Below are positions 25,925 through 36,059 of a DNA stretch of 45,071 bases, piece after piece. Within the stretch, counting starts at the first letter, position 1, and the number at the start of each line of letters is the position of its first letter. The position numbers and the translations under genes are program-made. This DNA is from an uncultured Bacilli bacterium (lineage in GTDB: Bacteria; Bacillota_I; Bacilli_A; RFN20; CAG-826). The notes beneath the pieces were generated by a model. That model saw only the letters and a list, made by a program, of their open reading frames with translations. It did not search any database and had not been told where the DNA came from. Location of the stretch: NCBI GenBank assembly GCA_944363535.1, contig CALVUG010000005.1, forward strand, positions 1-45,071, in the 5' to 3' direction.

Positions 25925-28741
25925 TTACCTTTTTAAGGATTCTAAAGCGTGAAGTTTTTCGATTTTTTTACTTTCTTTAAGGCTAGTAAACACACTAATT
26001 GAAAGGGCCACAACTAACATGACGATAGGTGAAATTAGTTCCAGTGAGAAGATGAAAGGAGTCATAAAATACATCGATAAAATGTAAGTAATTAAGCTAG
26101 ATAACACTACTAGTTCCACGAAAGCAAAAACGAACGCAAACAAAGAGAAAAAGACGCTATTTAAAATGAATAATTTTCTAACTTCTAGTTGAGGGAAACC
26201 GAGCAATTTTAAAACACCAATGTCTTTTCTATAGTCATGGATATTTAAATGGATGAGAACGCTTAATAGGAAGACGCTAGAAATGATAGCGATTAAAGAA
26301 AACGCTAGTAAGATGATAGAAATAGTCGTCGTGATCGATTTCACTTCCTCTTCTAATGTCGATAAAGGATTTAAAAAATCGTAATTAGGATAATTGTTTG
26401 ATAGTTTTAACTTAACCTCATCGATTTTAGATTCATCCTTAACTTCGATGATGGCGCCGTTAGGAATTAAGTCAAATTCTGATATACCTAATTTGAAACG
26501 AAAAAAATCTAAAGAAAAAGATGCATCATGATATATTTCTAAATTACTTTCTTGGATGATGCCTGTAACTTTTAAAGAAGTCTTTTTAAAGTCTCTATGC
26601 ACTCTTCCATCTTCCGTATAATATTCGTCGATACAAGAAGCGATATAAATTTGTTTTCCTAAAATATTTTCATCGTTAAATAAAGAATTTGCTAAAGCAC
26701 TAGAGATGACGATTTCATCTTCATTTTGAGCCCTCACTCCATCGATTTTTTCCTCGCTTTGTGGTTGTAGTGAAACTCCACCTAAAGTAGTCTTAGGATA
26801 ATAGCCCTCTTCTACACCTTCTGGAAGTAAGATTTCTTCCGTTAATGAAGCATTAAAATTACTGTATGCATCGATAGCTAAATTTAAGTTTTCATCCTCT
26901 CCTGCAAATAAGGTTCTATTGGCAAATCCCATCATCATATCTTGAGGATAAGAAACGTAACCTCCCGCCGAACAAAAGATGTAGCCATTGATCGAAGAAT
27001 CTTCATCTATCATATCGATTATTTCTTTTACGTTAAAATTATCTAACGACTGTTTGAACACTAAGGCACGCCTTAGTTCAGTTGATGAAACAAACTCACT
27101 TAAGACTAAATAATGCCTTTCTCCCATCCAATCGAAAACATATTTGGCGTACTTTTCATCATTTCTAACATCTTTATAAAATTTTTGATAATTTCTTAAA
27201 CTTACGTAATATGCTTTTTGCATGATCCAAGGTAAAGTTAGAACTTCACTCCATTCGTAAGTAATATCCATGAGCATCATATCTTCAAAGACGTATTCAT
27301 TCCATAAGGGATTATCTTGAAAAATTTGATATCGCTCTAAAGCGACGACTGCTCTTACTTTAAATATTTGTTGATCTTCATATCCAATTGAACCATTAGC
27401 TAAATTAAGCGTGACATATAATTCATTATTGGCGATGTACATCCCTAAATCTTGATAGGATGTTTTAATTTTTAAAACATAACACATATTGACCATTTCG
27501 ACGTACGGTAATGAGATGATGATTTCATCATCTTCTAAACTAGAGGGCATTTTAGGATAAACATCATCTTTTTCTTCGATGTAATCTAAAGGTAAATATT
27601 CATTGATGTGGCGAACGCTATAACCATTCAATTTGACGTATCTGGTGTTCACTTGATAACTAAACTCATTTATATCGGGAAAAAGCATTTCAAAATTGAC
27701 ATTATAGTAAGCACCTATTCCTATCACTTCATCAAATTTAGTTTCTATATCGTTTACTTCTTCATAACATAATGCATCTATTTTATTAGTCGTTTCAATC
27801 TGATTTTTAGCGGTGACGCTTAATTGATCACTTTGAAAAATACGAGAATAGGCCAGTTCCATATGCGAAGAAATTAAAGATGTTAGACTAATTGATAAGC
27901 CAATGCCAAGTAAGGCTAAAGAAGTCATCGAGTGCGATAATAAAAAACGCCATTTCTTCTCTTTGAAAGTATGATAAAAATGACGAAACATAAAACTAAG
28001 TTTTAATTGGGGAGTATTTTTAATGCTTCTTTTAAATTTTATTAAAGATATTTTCTTTTCATCTTCATCGATAATTTCGTTAATGTAATGATCAACTATC
28101 TTTCCATCTTTAATAGCGATGACTTCTGGGACATATTTATTCACTAATTCTAAATCGTGCGATATTAAGATGATGAGCATTTGATCTTTTAAAGAATAAA
28201 GTAATTGCATCATCTCATCAGCGTTAGTTTTATCTAATCCACCAGTTGGTTCATCTAACAATAATATTTTAGGGTCATTAGCTAACGCTCTTGCGCTTGA
28301 GACACGTGCTTTTTCACCTCCGCTCAATTTTCTTGCACTCTTATTTTTTAAAGCTTTGATATGTAACATCTCAAGTAAGTCATCGACCTTCTGCTTTTTA
28401 ACTTTTTCTTTTTCTTCGATGCATGCATCCAAAGTGATAGAAACATTACGATAAACCGAATCGAACGGGAAAAGATGGTGAAATTGATGAATAAAACCAA
28501 AATTATTCAATCTTAAATTCGCCTTTTGTTCTTCGTTTAATTCCGCTAGATCTTTACCAAAGACACTAATCCTTCCTTGATAATTATTTTCTAGTCCACT
28601 CATCAAATTTAATAGAGTAGTCTTTCCAGAACCTGAATCACCCACGATAGCGTAAAAGCCAGTTTTAGCAAAAGTAAAAGAAAAATCATCGACGACTTTT
28701 CTTTTGTCGTAGGTAACACTTACATGTTCTAATTTAATCAT
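25925..28741 (-). CDS. Fused ABC ATPase/FtsX-type permease (MacB-like), 938 aa
   Basis: GDSGSGKTT, LSGGE, LLLDEPTG, one TM, large extracytoplasmic domain, C-terminal IGVLKLLGF plus 3 TM. Confidence 0.88.
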   Translation of the reverse strand: MIKLEHVSVTYDKRKVVDDFSFTFAKTGFYAIVGDSGSGKTTLLNLMSGLENNYQGRISVFGKDLAELNEEQKANLRLNNFGFIHQFHHLFPFDSVYRNVSITLDACIEEKEKVKKQKVDDLLEMLHIKALKNKSARKLSGGEKARVSSARALANDPKILLLDEPTGGLDKTNADEMMQLLYSLKDQMLIILISHDLELVNKYVPEVIAIKDGKIVDHYINEIIDEDEKKISLIKFKRSIKNTPQLKLSFMFRHFYHTFKEKKWRFLLSHSMTSLALLGIGLSISLTSLISSHMELAYSRIFQSDQLSVTAKNQIETTNKIDALCYEEVNDIETKFDEVIGIGAYYNVNFEMLFPDINEFSYQVNTRYVKLNGYSVRHINEYLPLDYIEEKDDVYPKMPSSLEDDEIIISLPYVEMVNMCYVLKIKTSYQDLGMYIANNELYVTLNLANGSIGYEDQQIFKVRAVVALERYQIFQDNPLWNEYVFEDMMLMDITYEWSEVLTLPWIMQKAYYVSLRNYQKFYKDVRNDEKYAKYVFDWMGERHYLVLSEFVSSTELRRALVFKQSLDNFNVKEIIDMIDEDSSINGYIFCSAGGYVSYPQDMMMGFANRTLFAGEDENLNLAIDAYSNFNASLTEEILLPEGVEEGYYPKTTLGGVSLQPQSEEKIDGVRAQNEDEIVISSALANSLFNDENILGKQIYIASCIDEYYTEDGRVHRDFKKTSLKVTGIIQESNLEIYHDASFSLDFFRFKLGISEFDLIPNGAIIEVKDESKIDEVKLKLSNNYPNYDFLNPLSTLEEEVKSITTTISIILLAFSLIAIISSVFLLSVLIHLNIHDYRKDIGVLKLLGFPQLEVRKLFILNSVFFSLFAFVFAFVELVVLSSLITYILSMYFMTPFIFSLELISPIVMLVVALSISVFTSLKESKKIEKLHALESLKR

Positions 28742-30834
28742 TCTTCAGCTAGCTCCATATAAAGAGGATTTTTACGATGATAGATGAGAGGAATCTTGAC
28801 GCTAAGATAACAAACTAAAATACTTCCTAGATAAATTATTAATATGAGTAAAAATGGATAACCTAAATAAGATAAAAAAGGAATACTTAAAAAATTATCG
28901 ATGCCTAAAGTCATCTTAACTATCACGTTAGCAAGATAAGATAAAACTAAAGAAAGAATAATCGAGGCAGTCGCTGTAAAGATAGCTAAGTTTATTTTTT
29001 CATCGACGAAGATTGATTCGATATCTTCATCTTTCGCCCCGAGTACTGATAATATAGCGGCTTCTTTTTTCTCATCTAAAAAGGTAGCAAACGAAGTCAT
29101 AGCGATGATGAAAGCACTCGATAATATCGCTAATGCGATAAAGCCGAAAAGCGCTAATATGGCAATATCGATAAATGACATGTAGACATCGTAAGATAAT
29201 AAAGAAAAAGATGTGATAGCGAACTCTTCATTTTCTTCACTTTTAAACTCTTTGTCTAACGTATTTAAAGTATCTAATTCAACAACATTAATAAAACCAA
29301 TCATCTGATAACTTGATAAAGGATCGAAGTTAGATGATATCTTGATTAAATCATAAAAGCTAACGTCTTCATTGATCGAAGAAGAATAGTTAATAGCGTA
29401 GTTGTTTTGCGCGTATTCTCTTAAAGAATCGTAAGAAAGATATACCCTTGCGTCATTTAAAATAGGACTTTCCTTGGCCACACCAACAATCATCACTTCT
29501 TCTTGAAAGATGAAGTGTTCTTCAAAAGTCGCATTATCCTCATTTGAACTATGAAAAGATATCGTTTGATCGATATTAAATTTTAATGATTTACCTAGAA
29601 CTTCTTCCCCTACTTTTTCTATTAAAGAATGATAAAAAATTTCATTGATGACGCAACTATTATAACTATCTTCAAAATTATCTAATTTTTTTAAAAAATA
29701 ATCGTCTTCTTTCAATAAAGTTTTCGTCGGTGATAAAGAAACATCGAATTCAATATTATCTAGTTTTATTTTTTGATTAGGAAGAAACAAAGAAGATAAA
29801 TCATAATCAAAGATTATCTCATCAAATTTAGGACTAATAATTTCTAATTCTTCAAAATTGGGGCGATAAGATCTAGAGATGGAAACAAGTGAATTTTCCA
29901 TCGTGATATATTCTTTTTTCGAAACGTTAAATGTATCGGAATGAAAATAAGTCGCACTTAAATTTAAAAAGGAAGTAGATGCAGATGAATTTAAGCCTAC
30001 TAATAAAATAGCGAACACTAGACCAAAGGTCGAAGAAAGAAGCGCTAATATATGTCTTTTTTTATATTTTTTAAAATACTTTCTTTTAAAATATTTTTTC
30101 CAACTTTTATCTTTATATAAACTTGATTTAATAGTAATTTTTTCTTCATTTTTAAATGGAAGATTTTCCTTTTCTTTTTTGATTCCAGCTTCAGATAAAT
30201 GTAAGATAATATTGGAGTCATTTTTGAACATTTTTAAATTGTGTGAAACTACCACTACTAAATGAGTTTTTGCATACTCTTTTAAATATGATAAAATAAG
30301 GTAAGAATTTTCTTCATCTAAAGCCCCTGTTGGTTCATCACAAAGTAATAAAGGTGGTTCGTGAATTATCGCTCTTAAAAAAGCGACACGTTGTTTTTCT
30401 CCACCCGATAAGGTGTAACATTTTTGATCTTTTAAATGCGTTAATTTAAATTGATTTAATAAAGTATCAATTCGTTTACTTATATCTTTAGATGGTAATT
30501 TAAACGCTGCGCTTATCTTTAGATTTTCTTCAACAGTTTCTTCTTCAAAAAGATGGAAATGTTGAAATAAGATGCCTATAAGAGCGTTACGATATTTTAA
30601 ATTAGCTTGCCTATGATGTTTTTTAAATTGGTAACCAAAAACTTTTAGGCTTCCTTTATCGACGTAATCTAAACCACTGATGAGATTTAATAATGTCGAT
30701 TTACCTGAACCTGATTGGCCATAAAGTAAACATAAGCCTTTACTAGGTAAACTAAAGGAAATGTTTTTAAGTTCGAACGCTACTTGTTTTCCATTATAAA
30801 AAGTTTTTGAGACATTATTTAAGACGACGGACAA
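28738..30834 (-). CDS. Fused ABC ATPase/FtsX-type permease (MacB-like), 698 aa
   Basis: GQSGSGKST, LSGGEKQR, LCDEPTGALD, C-terminal EAAILSVLGA plus TMs; TTG start after AAGGGGG SD. Confidence 0.88.
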   Translation of the reverse strand: MSVVLNNVSKTFYNGKQVAFELKNISFSLPSKGLCLLYGQSGSGKSTLLNLISGLDYVDKGSLKVFGYQFKKHHRQANLKYRNALIGILFQHFHLFEEETVEENLKISAAFKLPSKDISKRIDTLLNQFKLTHLKDQKCYTLSGGEKQRVAFLRAIIHEPPLLLCDEPTGALDEENSYLILSYLKEYAKTHLVVVVSHNLKMFKNDSNIILHLSEAGIKKEKENLPFKNEEKITIKSSLYKDKSWKKYFKRKYFKKYKKRHILALLSSTFGLVFAILLVGLNSSASTSFLNLSATYFHSDTFNVSKKEYITMENSLVSISRSYRPNFEELEIISPKFDEIIFDYDLSSLFLPNQKIKLDNIEFDVSLSPTKTLLKEDDYFLKKLDNFEDSYNSCVINEIFYHSLIEKVGEEVLGKSLKFNIDQTISFHSSNEDNATFEEHFIFQEEVMIVGVAKESPILNDARVYLSYDSLREYAQNNYAINYSSSINEDVSFYDLIKISSNFDPLSSYQMIGFINVVELDTLNTLDKEFKSEENEEFAITSFSLLSYDVYMSFIDIAILALFGFIALAILSSAFIIAMTSFATFLDEKKEAAILSVLGAKDEDIESIFVDEKINLAIFTATASIILSLVLSYLANVIVKMTLGIDNFLSIPFLSYLGYPFLLILIIYLGSILVCYLSVKIPLIYHRKNPLYMELAEE

Positions 30835-30883
30835 AAGAAAACCCCCTTCAATAATTAATACGTATTTTTAGGGGGCTAATATC

Positions 30884-31090
30884 TTAATCGATTGGTTTTT
30901 CTTGATGTTCTAAGACTTGCTTTATCGATTTATCAAATTTTTCGCGTGGTAGCATGATGTAATTCCCGCAGCCAAGACAACGAATTTTAATATCCGCACC
31001 CATGCGCACAATTTGAAATTTTTTATCACCTTTATGACAAGGATGATCTTTTTTCATCATGACGATGTCATAAAGTTCGTAAGTTATCAT
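30884..31090 (-). CDS. DUF951 (YyzM-like) protein
   Basis: DIVMMKKDHPC...IVRMGADIKIRCLGCG...PR. Confidence 0.88.
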   Translation of the reverse strand: MITYELYDIVMMKKDHPCHKGDKKFQIVRMGADIKIRCLGCGNYIMLPREKFDKSIKQVLEHQEKPID

Positions 31091-32703
31091 ATGTCTAAAT
31101 CTTCCATCTTGACTGCAGCTGGTATCTTAGGAAGGCCAGGCATAGTCATAATGTTACCTAATAAAGGAATGACAAATCTAGCACCAGTAGCGAGATTTAC
31201 ATCTCTTACATGCACCTTAAAATCAATAGGAGCATTCTTAATTTTTGGATCATCACTAAAAGATAAAGGAGTCTTAGCCATGCAGACGTAGAAGTTATCA
31301 TATCCTGCTTTAGAAAATTCATCTAATTTCTTTAAGGCAACATCTTCATAAGTTACTTCACTCGCATGATAAACATTTTTGGCGATGCATTCGATCTTAT
31401 CTTTCAAAGGCAAATTTAAATCGTATAAAGGATGATAATTAGAATTACCTTCATCTAATTTTTTAACGACTAAATTAGCTAAATCTTTCGCCCCATTTCC
31501 TCCTTTTAAAAATCCATCGAGGAAAGCGAAATCAAAATGATTAGATTTACACCATTCGATTAGATAATTAATCTCTTCTTTACTATCACCTTTAAAATGG
31601 TTGATAGCGATGACGAATGGAACGCCATATAAAGACATATTTAAAGCATGTCTTTTTAAGTTTTCTAAACCAATTTCTAAAGCTTTTAAATTCTTCTTCG
31701 CACAATTTTTTTCTTCCACTCCACCATGAAGTTTAAGCGCTCTTATGGTGGCCACTAAAACGGCTAAATCAACAGGTAATTGACCGACTCTTGCGGTGAT
31801 ATCAAAGAATTTTTCCGCGCCAAGGTCCGCACCAAAGCCAGCTTCGGTGATGACGATAGGAGAAAGTTTTAAAGCAAGTCTAGTTGCAATTATTGAATTA
31901 GCACCATGTGCGATATTAGCAAACGGCCCACCATGCACTAAACAAGGAGTGTGTTCACTAGTTTGAACGATGTTAGGCTTAATTGCCTCTTTCATCAATT
32001 TTCCGATCGCATGACTTATCTTTAAGTCTTTGATATAGATAGGTTTATTATCGTAAGTGTAAGCTACTAAGATTTCATTGACACGATTTAAAAAATCATC
32101 GAAATCATGCGCGAGGCATAAAATAGCCATCATCTCACTTGCGACAGTAATAAGGAAAGATGAAGCATGTGCTTCTACTCTTTTTTCTCCTTCTGCGACG
32201 CTGATACGTCTTAAGGAACGATCGTTCATGTCGAGCGCTCTTTTCCAGACGATACGATGTGGATCAATTCCTAATTCATTACCTTGATAAATATGATTTT
32301 CGATGACTGCGGACACTAAATTAATCGCGCTAGTTAAGGCGTGCATGTCACCAGTGAAATGTAAATTGATATTTTCACTTGGTTCAATTGTCGACTTACC
32401 GCCACCAGTCGCTCCACCCTTGATACCAAAAACTGGTCCTAAAGAAGGTTCTCTTAAACATAAAAGCGCTTCCTTGTTGATTTTATTTAAGCCTAGACTA
32501 AGAGCGATGCTCGTCGTCGTCTTACCTTCGCCAAGCGAAGTTGGAGTAAGTGCTGTCACTAACACTAATTTGCCATCCGGCTTATCTTTTAAAGTATCTA
32601 AAATAGATAAATCAATCTTTGCCATATAATGTCCATAAGGAATTAGATATTTCTTATCGATATGAGCTTTTTTTGCAACTCTAGTAATGTCTATTAATTG
32701 CAT
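31087..32703 (-). CDS. fhs: Formate--tetrahydrofolate ligase
   Basis: TPTSLGEGKTT, LREPSLGPVFGIKGGATGGG, HGGPFANIAHG, TEAGFGADLGAEKF, IMTMPGLP. Confidence 0.97.
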   Translation of the reverse strand: MQLIDITRVAKKAHIDKKYLIPYGHYMAKIDLSILDTLKDKPDGKLVLVTALTPTSLGEGKTTTSIALSLGLNKINKEALLCLREPSLGPVFGIKGGATGGGKSTIEPSENINLHFTGDMHALTSAINLVSAVIENHIYQGNELGIDPHRIVWKRALDMNDRSLRRISVAEGEKRVEAHASSFLITVASEMMAILCLAHDFDDFLNRVNEILVAYTYDNKPIYIKDLKISHAIGKLMKEAIKPNIVQTSEHTPCLVHGGPFANIAHGANSIIATRLALKLSPIVITEAGFGADLGAEKFFDITARVGQLPVDLAVLVATIRALKLHGGVEEKNCAKKNLKALEIGLENLKRHALNMSLYGVPFVIAINHFKGDSKEEINYLIEWCKSNHFDFAFLDGFLKGGNGAKDLANLVVKKLDEGNSNYHPLYDLNLPLKDKIECIAKNVYHASEVTYEDVALKKLDEFSKAGYDNFYVCMAKTPLSFSDDPKIKNAPIDFKVHVRDVNLATGARFVIPLLGNIMTMPGLPKIPAAVKMEDLDI

Positions 32704-32706
32704 AAA

Positions 32707-33399
32707 TTAATCACCTTCTTTTAATAACTTTATCACAATTGAAGCCATAGTTAAGCCAAAACTTTGTGGGACGAACGCTAATGAGGCAAGTTCTTTACCA
32801 CGACTAAGAGGCGGTTCAATCGAATAGACTGCGTAAGCTCTAACGTAGACTTCGCCATCAAGCTCTTTAATCTTATGACGATAAATTTTTGCTAATGCAT
32901 CCCCTTTCGTCTCCATAATTTTTCCAGCTCTTACTAAAGTTGGATCAATTCTTTTAGCCGCGCCCATCGAAGTGATGAGAGGAATATCATTTTTTCTTGC
33001 ATAATCATATAAATTAATTTTATTAGGCATATCATCAATCGCATCCAAAATAAAATCAGGTTGATATTCATCAATTAAAGAATTTAAAGTTGTATCATAA
33101 AATTTAGGCAAAGTTTTAATATCTAAGGAAGGATTAATTTTAAGCAATTTTTCTTTTGCTACTGCAACTTTAAATTTACCTAAATCATTTAAATCGTAAA
33201 GGGCTTGTCTATTGAGATTTGAACTTTCCACTTTATCGCCATCGACGATGAAAAAATGAGTCGCGCCACTACGCACTAAACTTGTAAGTAAAGTAGAGCC
33301 AACCCCGCCTACGCCTACTAAAATAAAACGCGCATTCTTAAACTTTGTAAACGTCTTTTCACCTAATAATTGTTTTGATCTAATAAAAATATCATCCAT
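32707..33399 (-). CDS. tcdA: ThiF family tRNA threonylcarbamoyladenosine dehydratase (TcdA-like)
   Basis: VGVGGVGS, VDGDKVESSNLNRQ, DAID, SMGA..RIDPT; clustered with miaA/miaB. Confidence 0.8.
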   Translation of the reverse strand: MDDIFIRSKQLLGEKTFTKFKNARFILVGVGGVGSTLLTSLVRSGATHFFIVDGDKVESSNLNRQALYDLNDLGKFKVAVAKEKLLKINPSLDIKTLPKFYDTTLNSLIDEYQPDFILDAIDDMPNKINLYDYARKNDIPLITSMGAAKRIDPTLVRAGKIMETKGDALAKIYRHKIKELDGEVYVRAYAVYSIEPPLSRGKELASLAFVPQSFGLTMASIVIKLLKEGD

Positions 33400-34282
33400 G
33401 TTCTTTTAATCCTAAAATGTATTCTTTTCCTTCCTTTAAGGAATGGACCCAATGCACATCGAATTGATGAGTGAAGAAAGTCATCTGTCTTTTGGCATAT
33501 TTCTTCGTCTTACTTTTCATAATATTTAGAGCTTCTTCTAAAGAAATTTCTTCTTCTAAATAACGTAAGATTTCTTGATAACCTATCGCATCAACTTTTC
33601 TTAAGGAAGATTCATCCACTTCTTTTAGATGTTTAACTTCTTCAATTAAGCCATGTTTTACCATCAAATCGACTCTTTTTTCGATGCGTGAATATAATTC
33701 TTCACGCGGTATATCTAATCCAACAATATAGCAAGGATAAATCATTTTATGCTCTTGTTCTTTTTCTAATTGAGACTTCGTCTTACCATTCATCAAATAG
33801 ATTTCGATCGCTCTTAAGACACGTCTTCTATTTTTAAAATGAATTTTATTCGCACTTTCTAAATCGATTTTTTCTAGAGCTTTGTGTAAGGCAACGTCAT
33901 CTAATTTTTCGTATTCTTTTAAATCGACGCTACCGCGTTCAAATTCGCTAAATTGGTAGTCATATAAAATGGCTCTTAAATATAAACCTGAACCACCCAC
34001 TAAGACGATATTTTTCTTCTCTTTTAAAAGTTTATCGATGAGGGCTCTCGCCTTCTTTTGAAAGCTCATGATATTATTTCTTTCCTTAATCGATAAATTA
34101 GAAATGAAATGATGAGTGACGCTTTTAAGTTCTTCACTAGAGGGTTTATTCACGCCAATATTTAGTTCATCATACATCTGATAAGCATCGAAGTTGATGA
34201 TGTCCGCGTCTAAAATTTTAGCGACTTCGATCGCTAAATCAGATTTATGTGACGCTGTCGGGCCGACGATTGCCACCATCAT
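33392..34282 (-). CDS. miaA: tRNA dimethylallyltransferase
   Basis: IVGPTASHKS, DAYQMY, VGGSGLY, RRVLRAIE, AIGY, YAKRQMTFF. Start likely 34282 (track 34339). Confidence 0.93.
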   Translation of the reverse strand: MMVAIVGPTASHKSDLAIEVAKILDADIINFDAYQMYDELNIGVNKPSSEELKSVTHHFISNLSIKERNNIMSFQKKARALIDKLLKEKKNIVLVGGSGLYLRAILYDYQFSEFERGSVDLKEYEKLDDVALHKALEKIDLESANKIHFKNRRRVLRAIEIYLMNGKTKSQLEKEQEHKMIYPCYIVGLDIPREELYSRIEKRVDLMVKHGLIEEVKHLKEVDESSLRKVDAIGYQEILRYLEEEISLEEALNIMKSKTKKYAKRQMTFFTHQFDVHWVHSLKEGKEYILGLKEHG

Positions 34283-34304
34283 ATAAGTAAAGTATAAACT
34301 AATT

Positions 34305-34625
34305 TCAATTATTTTTTGAGAGTAGACTAGCAATTTCATCTAATAAGATGAGACATTCTTCTTTCGCTCTTTTAAAATTGAAGACGATAGGATCTGAATT
34401 ATATTGTTCTTCTAATCTTAAATATTCTTCTTTATAGCGAACATATTTTTCTTTATCAAGAGCGAATTTAGACATATTTTGTTTCGCTTCATCAATCTCT
34501 TTTTGAAGTTTGATTAAAGAAGCATCCGCGTCCAATTTAGCTTTTAGTTTAAAATATTGTTTGACGCATTCTTCATTCATCACATCATCTTTTAATTTTT
34601 GGATGAGTAATTCTAATTCATCCAT
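34305..34625 (-). CDS. YmcA/YlbF (RicA-like) family protein
   Basis: Helical 106 aa with a DPIV..F pattern; directly downstream of miaB as ymcA is in Bacilli. Confidence 0.7.
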   Translation of the reverse strand: MDELELLIQKLKDDVMNEECVKQYFKLKAKLDADASLIKLQKEIDEAKQNMSKFALDKEKYVRYKEEYLRLEEQYNSDPIVFNFKRAKEECLILLDEIASLLSKNN

Positions 34626-36057
34626 CTACTCTTTCTCCAATTAAAGAATAAGTATGAGATGCAATGATTTTAACTTTGATAATTTTACCAATTAAAGACG
34701 CATCACCTTCGACGTGCACTAGTTTAAATTCTTCGGTGTAGCCACTCACGAAGCGAGGATCTTTTTTCGATACTTCTTCGATAAGAACATCATAAGTCTT
34801 ACCCACCATAGCGGTAGAAAGTCGTTCGATGATCTTTTCGCTCGTCTTGCTAAGACGATTGAAACGTTCGTGTTTTATTTCATCGCTAATTTGATTTTGC
34901 ATGATTGTCGCTGGAGTAAAAGGTCGAGGCGAATAGATGAAAGTAAATAAAGAAGCGTATTCTACTTCTTCAACTAAAGATAATGTATCTAAGAAATCTT
35001 CTTCGCTTTCACCAGGGAAGCCGACGATGATATCGCTACTTAAAGCGACGTGAGGAATCTTTTCTTTAATTTTTCTTACTAAAGATAAATATCCTTCACG
35101 GTCATAACGACGATTCATCGCTTTTAACACTTTCGAAGAACCACTCTGTACCGGTAGATGAATATATTTCATGATATTATCGTACTTAGCGATAACTTCG
35201 ATTAAAGCATCGTCAAAATCGAAAGGATGGGAGGTAATAAATCTTAATCTTTTTACACCAGTTTTCGCTACTTCTTCTAAAAGAAGAGCAAAATTTGTCC
35301 CATCTTTTAAATCTTTCCCATACGCATTAACGTTTTGCCCAAGCAATGTAATATCAAGATAACCATCTTTCACTAATTGTTCACATTCTTTTAAAACATC
35401 TCTTAAGGCTCTAGAGCGTTCCCTTCCACGCGTCGAAGGAACGATGCAATATGAACAAAATTTATCGCAACCATACATGATGTTGACGAAAGCTTTAAAT
35501 TTTTCTTTTCTGGTCGAGGGTAAATTTTCGACCACTTCACCGCTCGAAGATAAGATGTCGACGAACTTTTCATCATCGATGAAAGCACGCTTAAGGAAAA
35601 TTGGTAACTTCGCGATATCGTGCGTGCCGAACATGAAGTCGATGTGTGGGTAAGTTTTTAATATTTTTTCGACGATAGGTGGCTCTAAGGCCATACATCC
35701 GCAAAGAGCAATTTTCATTTGAGGATGAAGTTTTTTAATTGGCTTAAGGGAACCAATTTCACCATAGACCTTCTCTTCAGCGTTTTCTCTTACCGCGCAC
35801 GTATTTAAGATGACTAAATCAGCTTCTTCTTTTTTACTCGTTTCTTTCATCCCAAATTCTTTTAAGATGCCGAGCATTATTTCTTCATCACGAATATTAG
35901 CCTGGCAGCCATACGTACGGATGTAAACTTTCTTCCCTTTTAATAGGCTTAAATCATCTTCCCCTTTTTGATAATTACGACGAGAAAAGGGCGCATTGAT
36001 TTTAATGCGCGCCTTTTTAAAATCAGGGAATGAATAAATTTTATATTTATCTAACAT
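34618..36057 (-). CDS. miaB: tRNA 2-methylthio-N6-isopentenyladenosine synthase
   Basis: TYGCQAN, NTCAVRENAE, radical-SAM CDKFCSYC, HLPVQSGS, TRAM C-terminus. Confidence 0.96.
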   Translation of the reverse strand: MLDKYKIYSFPDFKKARIKINAPFSRRNYQKGEDDLSLLKGKKVYIRTYGCQANIRDEEIMLGILKEFGMKETSKKEEADLVILNTCAVRENAEEKVYGEIGSLKPIKKLHPQMKIALCGCMALEPPIVEKILKTYPHIDFMFGTHDIAKLPIFLKRAFIDDEKFVDILSSSGEVVENLPSTRKEKFKAFVNIMYGCDKFCSYCIVPSTRGRERSRALRDVLKECEQLVKDGYLDITLLGQNVNAYGKDLKDGTNFALLLEEVAKTGVKRLRFITSHPFDFDDALIEVIAKYDNIMKYIHLPVQSGSSKVLKAMNRRYDREGYLSLVRKIKEKIPHVALSSDIIVGFPGESEEDFLDTLSLVEEVEYASLFTFIYSPRPFTPATIMQNQISDEIKHERFNRLSKTSEKIIERLSTAMVGKTYDVLIEEVSKKDPRFVSGYTEEFKLVHVEGDASLIGKIIKVKIIASHTYSLIGERVDG

Positions 36058-36059
36058 AC

